A stretch of DNA of 63,967 nt, filler included, from Octopus bimaculoides (lineage: Eukaryota), in NCBI RefSeq assembly GCF_001194135.2. It is 11 parts of 9 records of this genome, joined end to end, with 100 filler letters (N's around TTAATTAATTAA, not from the genome) between each part and the next. Parts side by side here need not be neighbours in the genome. Positions count along the whole stretch, not along the records: positions 12,906 to 19,946 come from NC_068989.1; positions 20,047 to 41,495 come from NC_069008.1; 9 more parts are not named here. One strand, given 5' to 3'. The notes below the pieces were generated by a model. It saw nothing but the letters and a program-made list of their open reading frames with translations, ran no database searches and was not told where the DNA came from. A program made the position numbers and the translations under genes. How positions within the stretch are numbered: the stretch's first letter is position 1; each line of letters opens with the position of its first letter. Positions 14,270 to 27,308 of the stretch are shown one piece after another.

Positions 14270-14447
14270 AGGAGAGGCTGTGGAGGTAAGAAACTTGCTT
14301 CCCAACCACATGGTTTCGGGTTCAGTCCAACAGCGTGGCACCTTAGCAAGTGTATTCTACCATAGCCTCGGGCCAACAAAAGCTTTGTGAGTGGATTTGG
14401 TAGACGGAAACTGAAAGGAGTCCGTTGCATATATATATGTGTATATA

Positions 14448-14478
<31 letters not shown>

Positions 14479-14590
14479 CTTTGTGTCTGTGTTTGACTCC
14501 CATTACCGCTTGAAAACCGGTGTTCGCATGTTTATGTCCCCGTAACTTACCAGTTCGGCAAAAGAGACGATAGTATAAGTACCAGGTTTA
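14270..14590 (+). mobile_element. SINE family A
   Basis: caggagaggctgtggaggtaagaaacttgcttcccaaccacatggtttcgggttcagtcc... Confidence 0.85.
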
Positions 14591-14762
14591 NNNNNNNNNN
14601 NNNNNNNNNNNNNNNNNNNNNNNNNNNNNNNNNNNNNNNNNNNNNNNNNNNNNNNNNNNNNNNNNNNNNNNNNNNNNNNNNNNNNNNNNNAACCATGTGG
14701 TTGGTAAGCAAACTACTTACCACACAGCCACTCCTGTGGATACACAAAATATTTTAACAATT

Positions 14763-14834
14763 TCCTCAGTAGTATAGTATGTAAGTGTCCCTACCTCTGA
14801 CGCGGGGGACCGGAGTTCGATTTCCCGCCGGGGA
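14763..14834 (+). pseudogene. tRNA-Asp-derived pseudogene (anticodon position reads CTG instead of GTC)
   Basis: tcctcagtagtatagtatgtaagtgtccctacctctgacgcgggggaccggagttcgatttcccgccgggag aligns end-to-end with the conserved metazoan tRNA-Asp(GTC) sequence. It has mismatches in the anticodon and T stems and a 1-nt deletion in the acceptor 3' strand. Confidence 0.75.
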
Positions 14835-14863
14835 GTCTTCAATGTACCTTTCTCTATAGGTGC

Positions 14864-15330
<467 letters not shown>

Positions 15331-15369
15331 GAAGAAAACAGATAAAAGTAGTGTCGGTCATTAAAACTG

Positions 15370-16350
15370 ACGCTGTCCAAATTTTGGAATTTTTCTCTTC
15401 CCTCACGGACCACCGTAGAGCCATATGCACTGGCGATTCTACCCACCGCTTACTCATCAGTGGACACCTGCATACGAAAAGTCCGGTGCAGGCAATGTCA
15501 TTTACATAGATTTTAGCAAAACCTTTGACTGTGTCTAGCATGCAAACCTCCAATTAAAACTTCCTATATATGCACTCTACTCCTCTCTTACGTCTTGGGT
15601 TTATAGCTTCCATTCAAATCACAACAATTCAACAGTATGTATAGACAGAGTTCTTTCTGTCCTACATTCACACAATTTTGGTGGCCGGTTTCGTACCACA
15701 GTAGACAACATGACCCTTTATTTCTCCCAAACTTTCACCAACCATATGTAATCCAGAAGATTATATTTCAAACCTACATTGATTCCATAAACGTCGATCT
15801 ATAGGGCTTCCTTCAGTGGAGCCAAGCCAACCTTATTTCAATAGCTTAAAAGAAAAAAATAACAAACTCAAGCACTACTCATATCAAAAAATCACCGAGA
15901 AACCACATCTCAATTAAGCATGCGCATCGCTTAGCTAGAACCCTCACTGTTTTTATCACTGAAGATCTCTCGTGTCTAAAGCACATCCTTAGTACAGCTG
16001 GATAGGATAGCATCTTAAAGACTGCACCTATTCTTCAGGACCAGAAAATATTTCATCCTCAATAGCTGATAGCATTCTACAAGGGTCAAGTGAGGCCCAC
16101 AACGGAGTAATACTTCCACATCTGGCAGAGGCATCTTGGGTTCGTATCTAGAAACGAGCCACACTGTTACTTCTGGTTTACAAGCATGCTGTCTCCTCTC
16201 TCTCTATGCTTTGACTCTGTTTTTGCGAGCGGGCTGATTTCAACTTTTGCCACTTAGGTACTCCTGACCCACTTGTCTTTAGCATGTCATCACACTTTGT
16301 ATGTCCAACCTCACGGGCTTCCATTAAGATCCTTTCTCCTAAGTGCTCTT
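15370..16350 (+). mobile_element. Decayed CR1-type LINE RT fragment, a different family from 10740
   Basis: VIYIDFSKTFDCV (about 15496-15535) resembles the RT domain xYLDFSKAFD. FYKGQVRPTTE*YFHIW (about 16075-16125) resembles the CR1 LYKxxIRPxxEYxxxxW motif. Confidence 0.6.
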
Positions 16351-16599
16351 TTTCCTCAGAACATTGTTCTCAAGGAATCTTCTCACTGTCCTTGTCTTTT
16401 CTGTAGGTTTGTATCTGCAAAAGCGTAAATGGAACATTAATGGCATCAATCCCAATGGTCTCTGAGGTCCTGAAAGCAACATAGGAACTGTCCCCTCCAG
16501 ATTCAATAAATGAAAAAATAAAATAAATGCTGAATAGACTGTTTGTCAGAGATTCCAAAACTATGTATTAAATCTTCAACGTAAACTTGTCAATTTCTG

Positions 16600-18250
16600 T
16601 ACAAGACATCAGAAGATCGAGTTGAAGCGTATTAGAGTGAGTATGAGGGGGAGAAATGGTAGATTTAACATGCAAACTGCATAGATGGAAGAACTAGAAT
16701 GGAATTACTACAAGCATAATAAAGAAAAGCGATATGAAGTTAATGGGACAGAAATGGAAACAAGCATTAAGAAAAATGACAAACAGAAAATACTCAGGCC
16801 TAGTCATTATAACACGAAATAACAAGATACAGGTTCAAGAATTTCACATTTTATAGCTGGAAATTGACGACACTGTTGAAAATGTGTATGAGAAGTACAC
16901 GCTCTGATGTCTGTCAAATGACATAACCTTAAAAAAATTTTTTAGAAAGCCAGGCCGTTCACAGCTAAAAATTACCACCCAATAGCCTGATAGAACATTA
17001 TGTATAAGACGTACACTAGGTGCTTAATCATTGTACCGTTAACATTATTGTAACCCCTGAGCCAGGAGAAGTAAGGAAAGAAGTATAGAGCAGATACTAA
17101 TCAACAAAATAATGTAGCATAAAAAGTTTTTTAAAATACCGGAATTGGCTTATAGTTCGGTTTGACTAACAGAAAAATCTTTGGTAAGTATACTAACTAC
17201 ATGGGTAGAATATGAAAGCATTATTGTTAACTAAGTTCCACACCCACGATACAAAACTTAATCAAACCACCTCAGTACTTCTCAGATGTGATAATAAGCG
17301 AATCATATCTGGCACCATACATTGCTAAAAAGGTATCTTGCAGGGGTGGGGGAAAACTTGTTAGCACTGCTCTTTGTTCTCGCGTTAAGCTCGTCATAAT
17401 TTCTCACAAAACCCCGTTTCCAAAAATGACTGCCTGAATCCGGAAATATGTCAAATTTTCTTTGTAAACAATCTGAAATCTTTGAGGCAGGTATTAATCA
17501 CATCAAAAAGTTATTGGATATCATTACTCAATATTCCACAGCAATTGAAGTGAAATTTGATGAGTTCAAATGTGGACTTTTCTGTGGGAAGGAAAAGAGG
17601 ACTTATGCCATATTGGAGCCTAAGTGATTCATGCAAAGAACTGGCTCGTGTGTGAAATATCAAACGGTTAGAAATATAGCTCAGCATAAGATACTTTAAC
17701 TGACAAGATATAGGAATTTCTTAGTGCAAACTGATACGCCATACGTTATTTGACTAGCTCATTAAACAATTGGGGGAAAAGAGAGCGCCGAATACTGAAC
17801 TAATGAGAAACTTACAGTGCTTATATCCTAGTTATGGATTTTCAATTTTACACATTATGTGTGACAACAGATTTGCATAAAAGCTTTAAAATGCTGGATC
17901 TCCTTGTTCCATATAACAAGTGCAACACATACCAAAGTATTGACGAACAAAAGTTTATTGTACTAGACTTAAAACGTATCTTCCCATTTTACAAAAAACT
18001 ATCCTACAATGCAATTGTAATACCAGTACTGATACCAACATTTGGTATACATAACAGTTGTATATAGGAAAACCACTTTTTAGATATTTAAATTAGCAAG
18101 ATCTAGATATTAAGTTTCTCAATAAATAGTGATATCAACAGGCTCTGTATCAGAAGGAAAAAAATGAAGAAGAAATTTAAGTTCAGTGCAGACAGCTTTA
18201 GAGTGATATATGGAGCCATTCAGACGGCACCTGAAGTACTCAGGGGAAAA
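16600..18250 (+). mobile_element. Highly decayed R4/Dong-like RT region
   Basis: AIVIPVLIPTFGIHN (ORF 17834-18067) and INRLCIRRKK (about 18135) echo the R4/Dong motifs AIPVLTYSFG and DRLYLPRKEGGRG. Confidence 0.35.
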
Positions 18251-18616
18251 AGGAACTATATTTTACATATCGGCTGAGGACGGCTCAAAAAATATTCACT
18301 TCTTCATGACTTCATTTGCGGCCTGAAAATCACTGGAGAAGCGTGCCTCAATGAAAACCTTAAATGATGTCTATGCTTAGGTATGTTTCTTGTACATTTG
18401 TGGTTACTGCTAACATTAACCGTAATTTTAAGACTTGAACTCCTGACTGTTATATGATGTTACATTTATGCTTGTGTAACACAAATGCAGGATATAGTTA
18501 GGAAATACTAAATCGACAAAAGCGAAGGTGAAGCCCTTAAATCTCCAAGTTACAATCGAAAATATCGATTATATCATTATTTCTAAGGCTGGTATTACAG
18601 ATAATTGGACTCGCAC

Positions 18617-18870
18617 TAGTACTCCGTTCGTTACGACGATGTGGGTTCCAGATGATCCGATCAATGAATTAGCCTGCTCGTGAAATTATTGTGCAAGTGG
18701 CTGAGCACTCCACAGGCACACGCACCCTTAACGTAGTTCTCAAGGGGATTCAGTGTGACACAGAATGCGACAAGGCGGGTCCTTTGAAAATACAGGTACA
18801 ACTCATTTTTGCTGGCTCAGTGAACTGGAGCAACGATAAATAAGTGTCTTGCTGAAGAACACAACGCACC
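18617..18870 (-). mobile_element. SINE family C-related copy
   Basis: gcctgctcgtgaaatta..gtgcaagtggctgagcactccacag..cccttaacgtagttc is shared with 9918-10271. Confidence 0.75.
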
Positions 18871-19309
18871 GCCAAGGTAACTTAGCTATGCGCCTTCACT
18901 TACAGATAACTAAAAATATTAATATTTTCTCACATTGCTGGATGTTACGAAAGTAATATACAATGCCCTCATGAGAAAGACTGCCCTTTAATAAATATAC
19001 AGAATATCTTGGATATTAAATGAATATATATTAACACGAGAAGTAAGACATTCCCAACAAATTATGCACCAATTTCAAACGAGACTTGAGAATTTGATTA
19101 GTGGAAGAGAAAGCAGACCTTTCAATACAATCATAAAGATCAACTGCCTACAGGTATTAAATATATCCTTTAAAACGAGTTAGAAACATAATATCTTTCA
19201 AATACTTCGAAATACTTCGAAAACTACAACTTCTCAATTTAGAGTCTAAATTTACATTCATACCAATGATTATTGGTATAATGCACTCGGTTATGTTAAG
19301 AAATGCCTA

Positions 19310-19525
19310 CAGGAGTGCTGAAAAGCTCCTGGCTTTGGGTAAAAGAAAATACAGAAAGATAAGTTAATTATGATTTTAGTCAACATATTCCCCTCTCATA
19401 TTCACACACTTATTGCAGCGGTCCTTCAGTTTTTCTAAGCCCTGTAAAAGGACTCGGAATGTTGGGGCCCTAGCAAGGCATTTCGCGGTACCCTAAAAAT
19501 CAGGAACTTTTCAGCACTCCTCTTG
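19310..19525. mobile_element. Mariner-type MITE (~216 bp) with TIRs and TA target-site duplication
   Basis: Left TA|caggagtgctgaaaagctcctg and right caggaacttttcagcactcctcttg|TA. Confidence 0.8.
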
Positions 19526-19639
19526 TAATTGGCCATCAAGAAAAACTCAAGATTACAAAGAAAGGGATCAGTTAATATTCACTTTACATGTATAATGCAA
19601 ATGGAACATTAAAAGTACGGAAGTCTTTCCGAAAGTTTA

Positions 19640-19946
19640 ACTTACATCGAGCCCAGTGTTCAACTGGTGCTTATTTTATCGACCCCGAAAGGATGAAATG
19701 TAAAGTCGAGCTCAGCGGAATTTGAACTCAGAACGTAAAGACGAACGAAATGCTACAAAGCATTTCGCCCGGCGTTCAAATAATTCTGACAGCTCGCCGT
19801 CTTAATAACAGTGATAATATTAACAACAGCAATAAGGCGGCGAGCTGGTAGAAACGTTAGCACGCCGGGCGCAATGCTTAGCGGTATTTCGTCTGTCTAC
19901 ATTCTGAGTTCAAATTCCGCCGAGTTTGACTTTGCTTTTCATCCTT
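19640..19946. mobile_element. Two SINE family B copies head-to-head
   Basis: A minus copy ends ...ctgacagctcgccgtctt (about 19803). A plus copy begins aaggcggcgagctggtagaaacg (19833). They are separated by an AT-rich spacer of about 30 bp. Confidence 0.8.
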
Positions 19947-20669
19947 NNNNNNNNNNNNNNNNNNNNNNNNNNNNNNNNNNNNNNNNNNNNTTAATTAATT
20001 AANNNNNNNNNNNNNNNNNNNNNNNNNNNNNNNNNNNNNNNNNNNNGTTGTCAGTTTGTCAAGAGAATTCGTGCTAATCCGTGTTAAGTTATCAATTGTC
20101 ATTAAGAAATTAAGATCCTAAAATGGATCGTTAGTCCTCAAAGATCAGCACAGTGTTTTATATTACTGTATTAAAAGTACTTGTATCTTCTCCGATTCAT
20201 AAATCCTGTTCTTTACTTGGATCTTATTAAGATTTTCATTTCTTCGTATTACTCTCATTTCAGAATATTTATGGTAGTACTAATGTATACGTGCGCGTGT
20301 GTGCGCGCACGTATGTATTATATATGCTTCTCTCTCTCTCTCTCTCTCTCTGCTTATATGTGTGTATGTATGTATGCATGTATGTATGTATGTATGGCAG
20401 TCGCCATTATTCATTCCATAACGTCTACCTCTGAAAAGCGCAGGGTTACAAAATCGGATTGTTACGTAACACTCCGTTGAACACCAGTGCAAAACCGACT
20501 GGTAAAGCTTTATTAAAGATTAATGACTCAGATACAAGTTAATGCCGCCGCCGACAACAACATCTCTCTCTCTTTCTCTTTCTCTCTCCCTCCCTCCCTC
20601 CTCCTCTCTCTATATAGATAGATAGATAGATATTTACACATATATATCTATACATATACATATGTATGT

Positions 20670-20830
20670 ATATATACGAGTAAGCACATAAACGCAAAAC
20701 AAGGTGGAAAATATAATACTCGAATACCGAGGGTAGAGTAATATGCTTTTTTATTAAAGCTGCACAAATATCACAAAAGCTGCTACTCAGAGTTTCACCT
20801 TCCCGTTCGTCGGGCTGTTGTGATCAAGAA
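20670..20830 (-). mobile_element. Penelope-like terminal remnant with a minimal hammerhead-like motif
   Basis: Minus strand reads ccgacga acgggaaggt gaaa ctctgag ta gcag. The flank gtaagcacataaa(c/t)gcaaaac..ggtagagtaatatgct is shared with 32618-32840. Confidence 0.5.
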
Positions 20831-20879
20831 TTCTTGGATATAAAATACTGTACACTTCGATTAATATAAATATATACAC

Positions 20880-21244
20880 GTCTGTGTGGTGAGAAGCCTC
20901 CTTCCCAATCACGTGGTTCCGGGTTCAGTCCCACTGTGTGGGCACTTGTGAGTGAATTTAGTTGACGGTATTTCGTCTGCCGTTACGTTCTGAGTTCAAA
21001 TTGCGCCGAGGTCAACTATGCCTTTCATCCTTTCGGGGTCGATAAATTAAGTACCAGTTACGCGCTGGGGTCGATGTAATCGACTTAATCCCTTTGTCTG
21101 TCCTTGTTTGTCCCCTCTATGTTTAGCCCCTTGTGGGCAATAAAGAAATAAGAATAAATACTAGGCTTACAAAAATGTCCTGGAGTCGATTTGTTTGACA
21201 AAAACCATTCAAGGCGGTGCTCAGCATGACCACAGTCAAATGAT
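20880..21244 (+). mobile_element. SINE A with a nested SINE B
   Basis: An A head (20880-20965) is followed by a B body with tail (20965-21150), then the A 3' end resumes (gaataaatactaggcttac..cagtcaaatga). Confidence 0.7.
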
Positions 21245-22109
21245 TNNNNNNNNNNNNNNNNNNNNNNNNNNNNNNNNNNNNNNNNNNNNNNNNNNNNNNN
21301 NNNNNNNNNNNNNNNNNNNNNNNNNNNNNNNNNNNNNNNNNNNNNNNNNNNNNNNNNNNNNNNNNNNNNNNNNNNNNNNNNNNNNNNNNNNNNNNNNNNN
21401 NNNNNNNNNNNNNNNNNNNNNNNNNNNNNNNNNNNNNNNNNNNNNNNNNNNNNNNNNNNNNNNNNNNNNNNNNNNNNNNNNNNNNNNNNNNNNNNNNNNN
21501 NNNNNNNNNNNNNNNNNNNNNNNNNNNNNNNNNNNNNNNNNNNNNNNNNNNNNNNNNNNNNNNNNNNNNNNNNNNNNNNNNNNNNNNNNNNNNNNNNNNN
21601 NNNNNNNNNNNNNNNNNNNNNNNNNNNNNNNNNNNNNNNNNNNNNNNNNNNNNNNNNNNNNNNNNNNNNNNNNNNNNNNNNNNNNNNNNNNNNNNNNNNN
21701 NNNNNNNNNNNNNNNNNNNNNNNNNNNNNNNNNNNNNNNNNNNNNNNNNNNNNNNNNNNNNNNNNNNNNNNNNNNNNNNNNNNNNNNNNNNNNNNNNNNN
21801 NNNNNNNNNNNNNNNNNNNNNNNNNNNNNNNNNNNNNNNNNNNNNNNNNNNNNNNNNNNNNNNNNNNNNNNNNNNNNNNNNNNNNNNNNNNNNNNNNNNN
21901 NNNNNNNNNNNNNNNNNNNNNNNNNNNNNNNNNNNNNNNNNNNNNNNNNNNNNNNNNNNNNNNNNNNNNNNNNNNNNNNNNNNNNNNNNNNNNNNNNNNN
22001 NNNNNNNNNNNNNNNNNNNNNNNNNNNNNNNNNNNNNNNNNNNNNNNNNNNNNNNNNNNNNNNNNNNNNNNNNNNNNNNNNNNNNNNNNNNNNNNNNNNN
22101 NNNNNNNNN

Positions 22110-22142
<33 letters not shown>

Positions 22143-22144
<2 letters not shown>

Positions 22145-22550
22145 CAGGTGTGGTTGAGTGGTAAGAAGTTTTCTTCTCAACCACATAGTTCCGGGTTCAG
22201 TCCCACTGTGTGGCACCTTGGGCAAGTGTCTCCTACTATAGCCTTGGGCCGACAAAGACTTGTGGGTGGATTTGGTAGACGGAAACTGAAAGAAGCCTGT
22301 TGTATGGGTGTGTTTGTGTGTGTGTGCGTGTGTGAGTATATTTTTGTGTCTGTCCCCCACCCCACCGCTTGGCAACGGGTGTTGGTGTCTTTACGTCCCT
22401 GTACCTTAGCAGTAAGGCAAAATAAATAGATAGAATAAGTACGAGGTTTTAAAAAAAAGGGGTATGGTCTCGATTCGTTCGACAAATGTTCTTCTAAGCG
22501 GTGCCCCAGCATAGCTGCAGCCAAATGACTGGAACAAATGAAAGGTAAAA
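22143..22550 (+). mobile_element. SINE family A, full length
   Basis: gcaggtgtggttgagtggtaagaag..gggttcagtcccactgtgtggcaccttgggcaagtgtc..ccaaatgactggaacaaatgaaag. Confidence 0.85.
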
Positions 22551-23259
22551 GATAAATACACACCTATTTTTAAATATAGATTTACAAGCACGCGCGCGCA
22601 CACACACACACACATGTACGCGCGCGCATACACGCACATCTGTTCCTTTATTAAGGCTCCTCATTAGGTTTACGTTTAGAGAGAACAAAAAAATATTACC
22701 GAGAAAATACCAAAGATATCATAGGCGGTTTTGATCTTGCGAATTGTTTGCTCATTCATCTGAAACATATCTTGTTATTCAAGACGGTCGAAAATGTGTG
22801 CCTACTTACCCCTACGTACTTATCTACCTATTTGCCTGTCTATCTACCTACCAACTTAATTAGTTGCCTGCCTACTTGCCTGTCTATCTGTTCGCCTGTT
22901 TATCCATCTAGTTATGTGTCTATTTATTTCCAGCTATATTTTTTAATACCTTTTAGTTACCACTGACTAACTAAGCTCTGGATATATGATTTCACTGAAA
23001 AGCATCACACACACACGCATGCATACACACACACACGCATGCATACACACACACACGCATGCATGCATACATACATGCATACATCTGATCAATGACAGTT
23101 ATGCGCCAGTACATTAATTCAAACATTAACCAGATCCAGTTTTGAAACCAAGCAGAAACCACCATGTATGGCTGCAACGGCTTTTAGGAATATTAATATG
23201 CTAGCATTCTGTATAGAATTATGCAGAATTGTATAAAATTACTGTTATATAGATACACG

Positions 23260-23425
23260 TGCCGACGTGGCTGTGTGGTAAGAAGCTAACTTCACAACTA
23301 CGTGGTTCCGGTTTTAGTCCCATTGCGTGGCACCTTGGGCAAGTGTCTACTATAGCCTCGGGCTGATCAAAGCCTTGTAAGTGGATTTGAGAGACGGAAA
23401 CTGAAAGAAGCCCGTCGTATATATA
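23260..23425 (+). mobile_element. SINE family A, 5' half, interrupted by Tigger
   Basis: gccgacgtggctgtgtggtaagaagc..gaaagaagcccgtcgtatatata. Confidence 0.8.
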
Positions 23426-24216
23426 CAGGTCATCGTCGACTTACGACCTATCCGATTATGCCCGATCGACTTTACGATGATAAGCGTCAGCTAACAAATG
23501 CTTACCTTAGGTTTTGTTATCGATCGCCACTGTGGCGATCCCCAAGTGTTGGTTGAATATCCTGTCGCAAAGACATCTAGGCAATCTCATATTTGTTTAT
23601 AAGATGATTGCTTGAGACTCCGAAATTTTTGACTAACGCTCGATAGAACGCGTCTCTTCCTGTGACTCTGTGTGTCTTGTATTTGATATTTTTTTCAAAA
23701 AATATCCCCTCAAATGTCTATAAAGAAGAAATTGTCTTCATCTGCCTCTCAAACTGCCAAGAAACAAAGAGCGGCCATCGACCTCGACACAAAAATGATG
23801 GTGATTAGACAGCACGCATGTGAACTGAAGTTATCACACTCTATTGTTTCGACAATTTTGAAGGATAAAGAAATGATTCGTGAAGCTATGAAAGGTTCAG
23901 CACCCATGCGATCTACAGTTATGACAAAGCAGTGGACTGGGGCTGTCCACGAAATGGAAAAATCGCTGCAAATTTGGATCGATGATCAGATCCAACAACG
24001 GACACCGCTAAATCGTTTTACTGTGCAGCCGAAGGCTGTTGTAGCACTGTTGTAATATTGTTGTAGTATAATACAGAATGCTGTGTGTGACTTTAAGCTG
24101 AGAATGTACCTTAAGAATATAAAAATATAAAACAAAGCAATGTAGGCCTATAGGCCGGCTTACGACCAAATCGACTTACGACCAGTCAGTCGAAACCAAT
24201 TGTGGTCATAAGTCGA
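23426..24216 (+). mobile_element. Tigger/pogo-family DNA transposon, internally deleted (CENP-B-type HTH retained, DDE domain lost)
   Basis: TA|caggtcatcgtcgacttacga left end and degenerate right end ggtcataagtcga. ORF 23714-24055 (IDLDTKMMVI..LSHSIVSTILKDKEMI..EMEKSLQIWIDDQIQQRTPL) matches the Tigger N-terminal HTH domains. Confidence 0.85.
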
Positions 24217-25594
24217 ATTCCAACAGCCCCGTCGTTAAGCAAATTCGTCGTTAAACGAATATTCATAGGGTACGTATTTTTTTTTTATAGGTATAGTGTA
24301 CTGTACGTACATATAAAAACAGAATACCGTACTGTATAAAGTATATGCAGTACAGAGCCAAGAATCACTAACATAAATTATTGAAAAAGGAATAAGTAAC
24401 AGTTAGATTATCGGAAGGAAAACCTTAGAAGTTAGGATATGGATACTGTATTATTGTAGCTCAGACATCGTAAGTATGTTTGTGATTCCAGGCCTAATAA
24501 ACTTTTCTCAGGATTATATAGAAAAGGTGAAAAGGTTTAAAGGAAACTCAAACAAAATAACTTTGTTTTACTTTGGATAAAGATTACAAAAGCAACNNNN
24601 NNNNNNNNNNNNNNNNNNNNNNNNNNNNNNNNNNNNNNNNNNNNNNNNNNNNNNNNNNNNNNNNNNNNNNNNNNNNNNNNNNNNNNNNNNNNNNNNNNNN
24701 NNNNNNNNNNNNNNNNNNNNNNNNNNNNNNNNNNNNNNNNNNNNNNNNNNNNNNNNNNNNNNNNNNNNNNNNNNNNNNNNNNNNNNNNNNNNNNNNNNNN
24801 NNNNNNNNNNNNNNNNNNNNNNNNNNNNNNNNNNNNNNNNNNNNNNNNNNNNGCTCATCACAGATTTCGCATAAGACACACGCCTGCTCGAAGAATTCCA
24901 CGTTTTTCCGCAATATTTCTATCCCCAAATGGCTTTTTTTTTTATATCTAGCACTATGTCTTTTTTCCATTTCTAAGTTAAGGGTAAAAATAAAGCAACC
25001 CTGCAAAACACAACTGATCTTTACACACAGACGCACAGAATAACAGCAATCAAATAACGACAGCGGAGTGCACAACAAACATCAGCAGTCTGACTGTCGC
25101 CTGTACTCTTGTCAAGAGATGCCAGTTAGTCTTTTACACCTAGCATGCTCGTTCGTATTAGCCCGAATTGCTGGATAGTTTTTCGTTCCTTTAGGAAACT
25201 TTTCATAGATTAGAATTTAAATCCTAATCTCTATAGAAATGTATTGTTTCAAGAAAACATTGAATTAGAATTACTTTTAATTTTTACGATTATAGGTAAC
25301 AATTCGGGCTGAAACTACTGAGACCGAGTCAGGCATATGTGAATGATGTCGAGAGAACGTCTGCTACGAATGATATTTTTTGACAGAGGGCATCTCTAAG
25401 ACGACCGCCAAACGCTGAACGAAAATAGATGAACTGCGATCAGGCTCAATAAAAGGAGCCCGAGTTATTGTCTGCAATTACATACTTGAAGTCAGTGTTG
25501 GCAGAAATTAAATCAGCTTGCAAATACACGTTCATTTTATTAAATTTATACTCGAGCTAAGCCCGAGCAGCCCGAGGGCCGGAGTCGCCACTGA

Positions 25595-25628
<34 letters not shown>

Positions 25629-25809
25629 TGCGTGCGTGTGTGTACTAGGCTTTAAAGAAGTCCTGGGGTCAGTTTATTCCACTAAAATCCTTCAAGGCGG
25701 TGCTCCAGTATGGCCGCAGTAAAATGCCTGAAACAAATAAAGAGTGCGCGGCGTGTGTCTCACCACCGCTTGACAATCACTGAAACAAGTAAAAGAGATA
25801 AAAAAAAGA

Positions 25810-26560
25810 TACACATGTAATGGCCGCTTCTTCGTTCTCAAGTGTAGCCCTCGCTTGAAGCTTTTCTGAATGGGTCTCATGTGTGAGTAGCAGGAGTGTG
25901 ATTATTTAGTCTGGCAAGTGAGTTGTACTCCTTGGCTCAGATGTTGTCCAAACAGGAGTCACTTGTTGGTCATCTCACACTTTCACGTTTCGTTTCAAGC
26001 CCCCAGCTGATTGGAAAACCTTGCAACATTCATGGCAAGTTGTTTTGCTGTGTATGGCGCAATCCGAGTGAATTCTCTGTCAGTGATGGTACGTGGCTAA
26101 AATTACTAGAGGTGCTGCTTCAGATAAAAAGAAACCATGTACAAAGAATCTCTGTATACGGCTTCATTTGTGACTTTTCAGTTCCGTTCTGCTGAAGCAG
26201 GCTCTCCCACATTCATTGCATGTCAATTCACCCTGGTTACCCAAATCTCCTAGAAATATCACGTTTCCACCATTTCGAGCATCCCTCGTCAACTTTCCAT
26301 GATTTCTTCGAGATTCTCACTTCTGTCAAATATTGATTTCCTCCATCTTGCCCGATCAATTATTGTTTCTTTCCAGTCTTTTTCCAAAATATTAGCTTTC
26401 TTCACGGAAGTCTTTACGCAGCTTTTTAGCCTCAGCTTAGGTTTATAAGGTGGACGCTTTCCATTTTCTACCTCACAATACAGAAGTTGCTTCGGAGTCT
26501 TGCAGTCCTCCATTCTCACCAAGTATCCCACTCATCGGAGTCGGTGCTACAAAATGATTG
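25810..26560 (-). mobile_element. RTE-clade LINE 3' fragment with decayed C-terminal Cys/His motifs
   Basis: ORF 26289-26531 (GYLVRMEDCKTPKQLLYCEVENGKRPPYKPKLRLK..DRARWR) matches the RTE post-RT motif GHVxRMxDxRxPKxxxYGEL..GKR. A downstream ECGRACFSRTELKSH is C2H2-like. Confidence 0.75.
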
Positions 26561-26749
26561 ACTCAGTATTTTAACAGTGACTTCTCTCAAGGATTTCAAC
26601 ATCACTCACGCACATTTTCTTATGCAGGCCCAGTATACGATGCAGACACTGCTCGTGGAAGCGTCACAGCTGTTTCATATGCTTTCGGTAGGTTACCCAC
26701 GTCTCACAAGCGTACAACAGGGACGACAACATACACAATGTTACATACA

Positions 26750-27030
26750 TCATCATCATCAGTTTGACTGAGGACTGGTGAGCCAGAGGCTGCACCAGGC
26801 TCAATCTGATCTGGCAAAGCTTCTAGAGCTGGACGCCCTTTCTAACACCAACCACTCCGAGAGTGTAGTGGGTGCTTTTATGTGCCACTGGCACAAGGGC
26901 CAGTCAGGCGGTTCTGGCAATGACCACGCTCAAAAGGTGTTTTTACGTGCTACCTGCATGGGAGCCAGTCCGCCGGCACTGGCAACGACCACGCTCGAAT
27001 GTTGTTTTTCACGTGCCACCGGTACATACA
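26750..27030 (-). mobile_element. SINE-like family D with (GAT)n tail
   Basis: gactgaggactggtga..ctgatctggcaaag..ctgga(c/t)gccctt(t/c)ctaac..gagagtgtagtgggtgc is shared with 33755-33927 and 46693-46902. Confidence 0.75.
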
Positions 27031-27163
27031 TACATACATACACACACGCAGGCACCTCCCCGTAAAATGTTTTTTACAAAACATTACAAATGGTGGAAAA
27101 TTGATTTCCTACCACCAAGTCTTAAAATAACGATGATGAGAAAGTCATAAAAATGAAGAATTT

Positions 27164-27308
27164 CTATTAAAAAAAACTTTATTCCTGTATTATGTATATT
27201 CATGTCCCAATTTGCCTAACATTAAGGCCTAAATTGCCTAACAGTATGAAATTTGCCTAACCTTGGGACATGAATTTACATAATACAGAAATGAATTCTT
27301 TTTAATAG
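27164..27308. repeat. Foldback/MITE-like inverted repeat with three internal aa(t)ttgcctaac copies
   Basis: Arm ctattaaaaaaaactttattcctgtattatgtatattcatgtcccaa (27164-27210) pairs with ttgggacatgaatttacataatacagaaatgaattctttttaatag (27263-27308). Confidence 0.75.

Noticed and set aside
15445-15470. Minus-strand CTGATGA hammerhead box
   Set aside because: No properly spaced GAAA or stems, and it lies inside a CR1 RT remnant.
23714-24055. Possible domesticated CENP-B/TIGD gene
   Set aside because: It lies between transposon termini within a SINE, lacks the DDE domain and has an internal deletion in the HTH.
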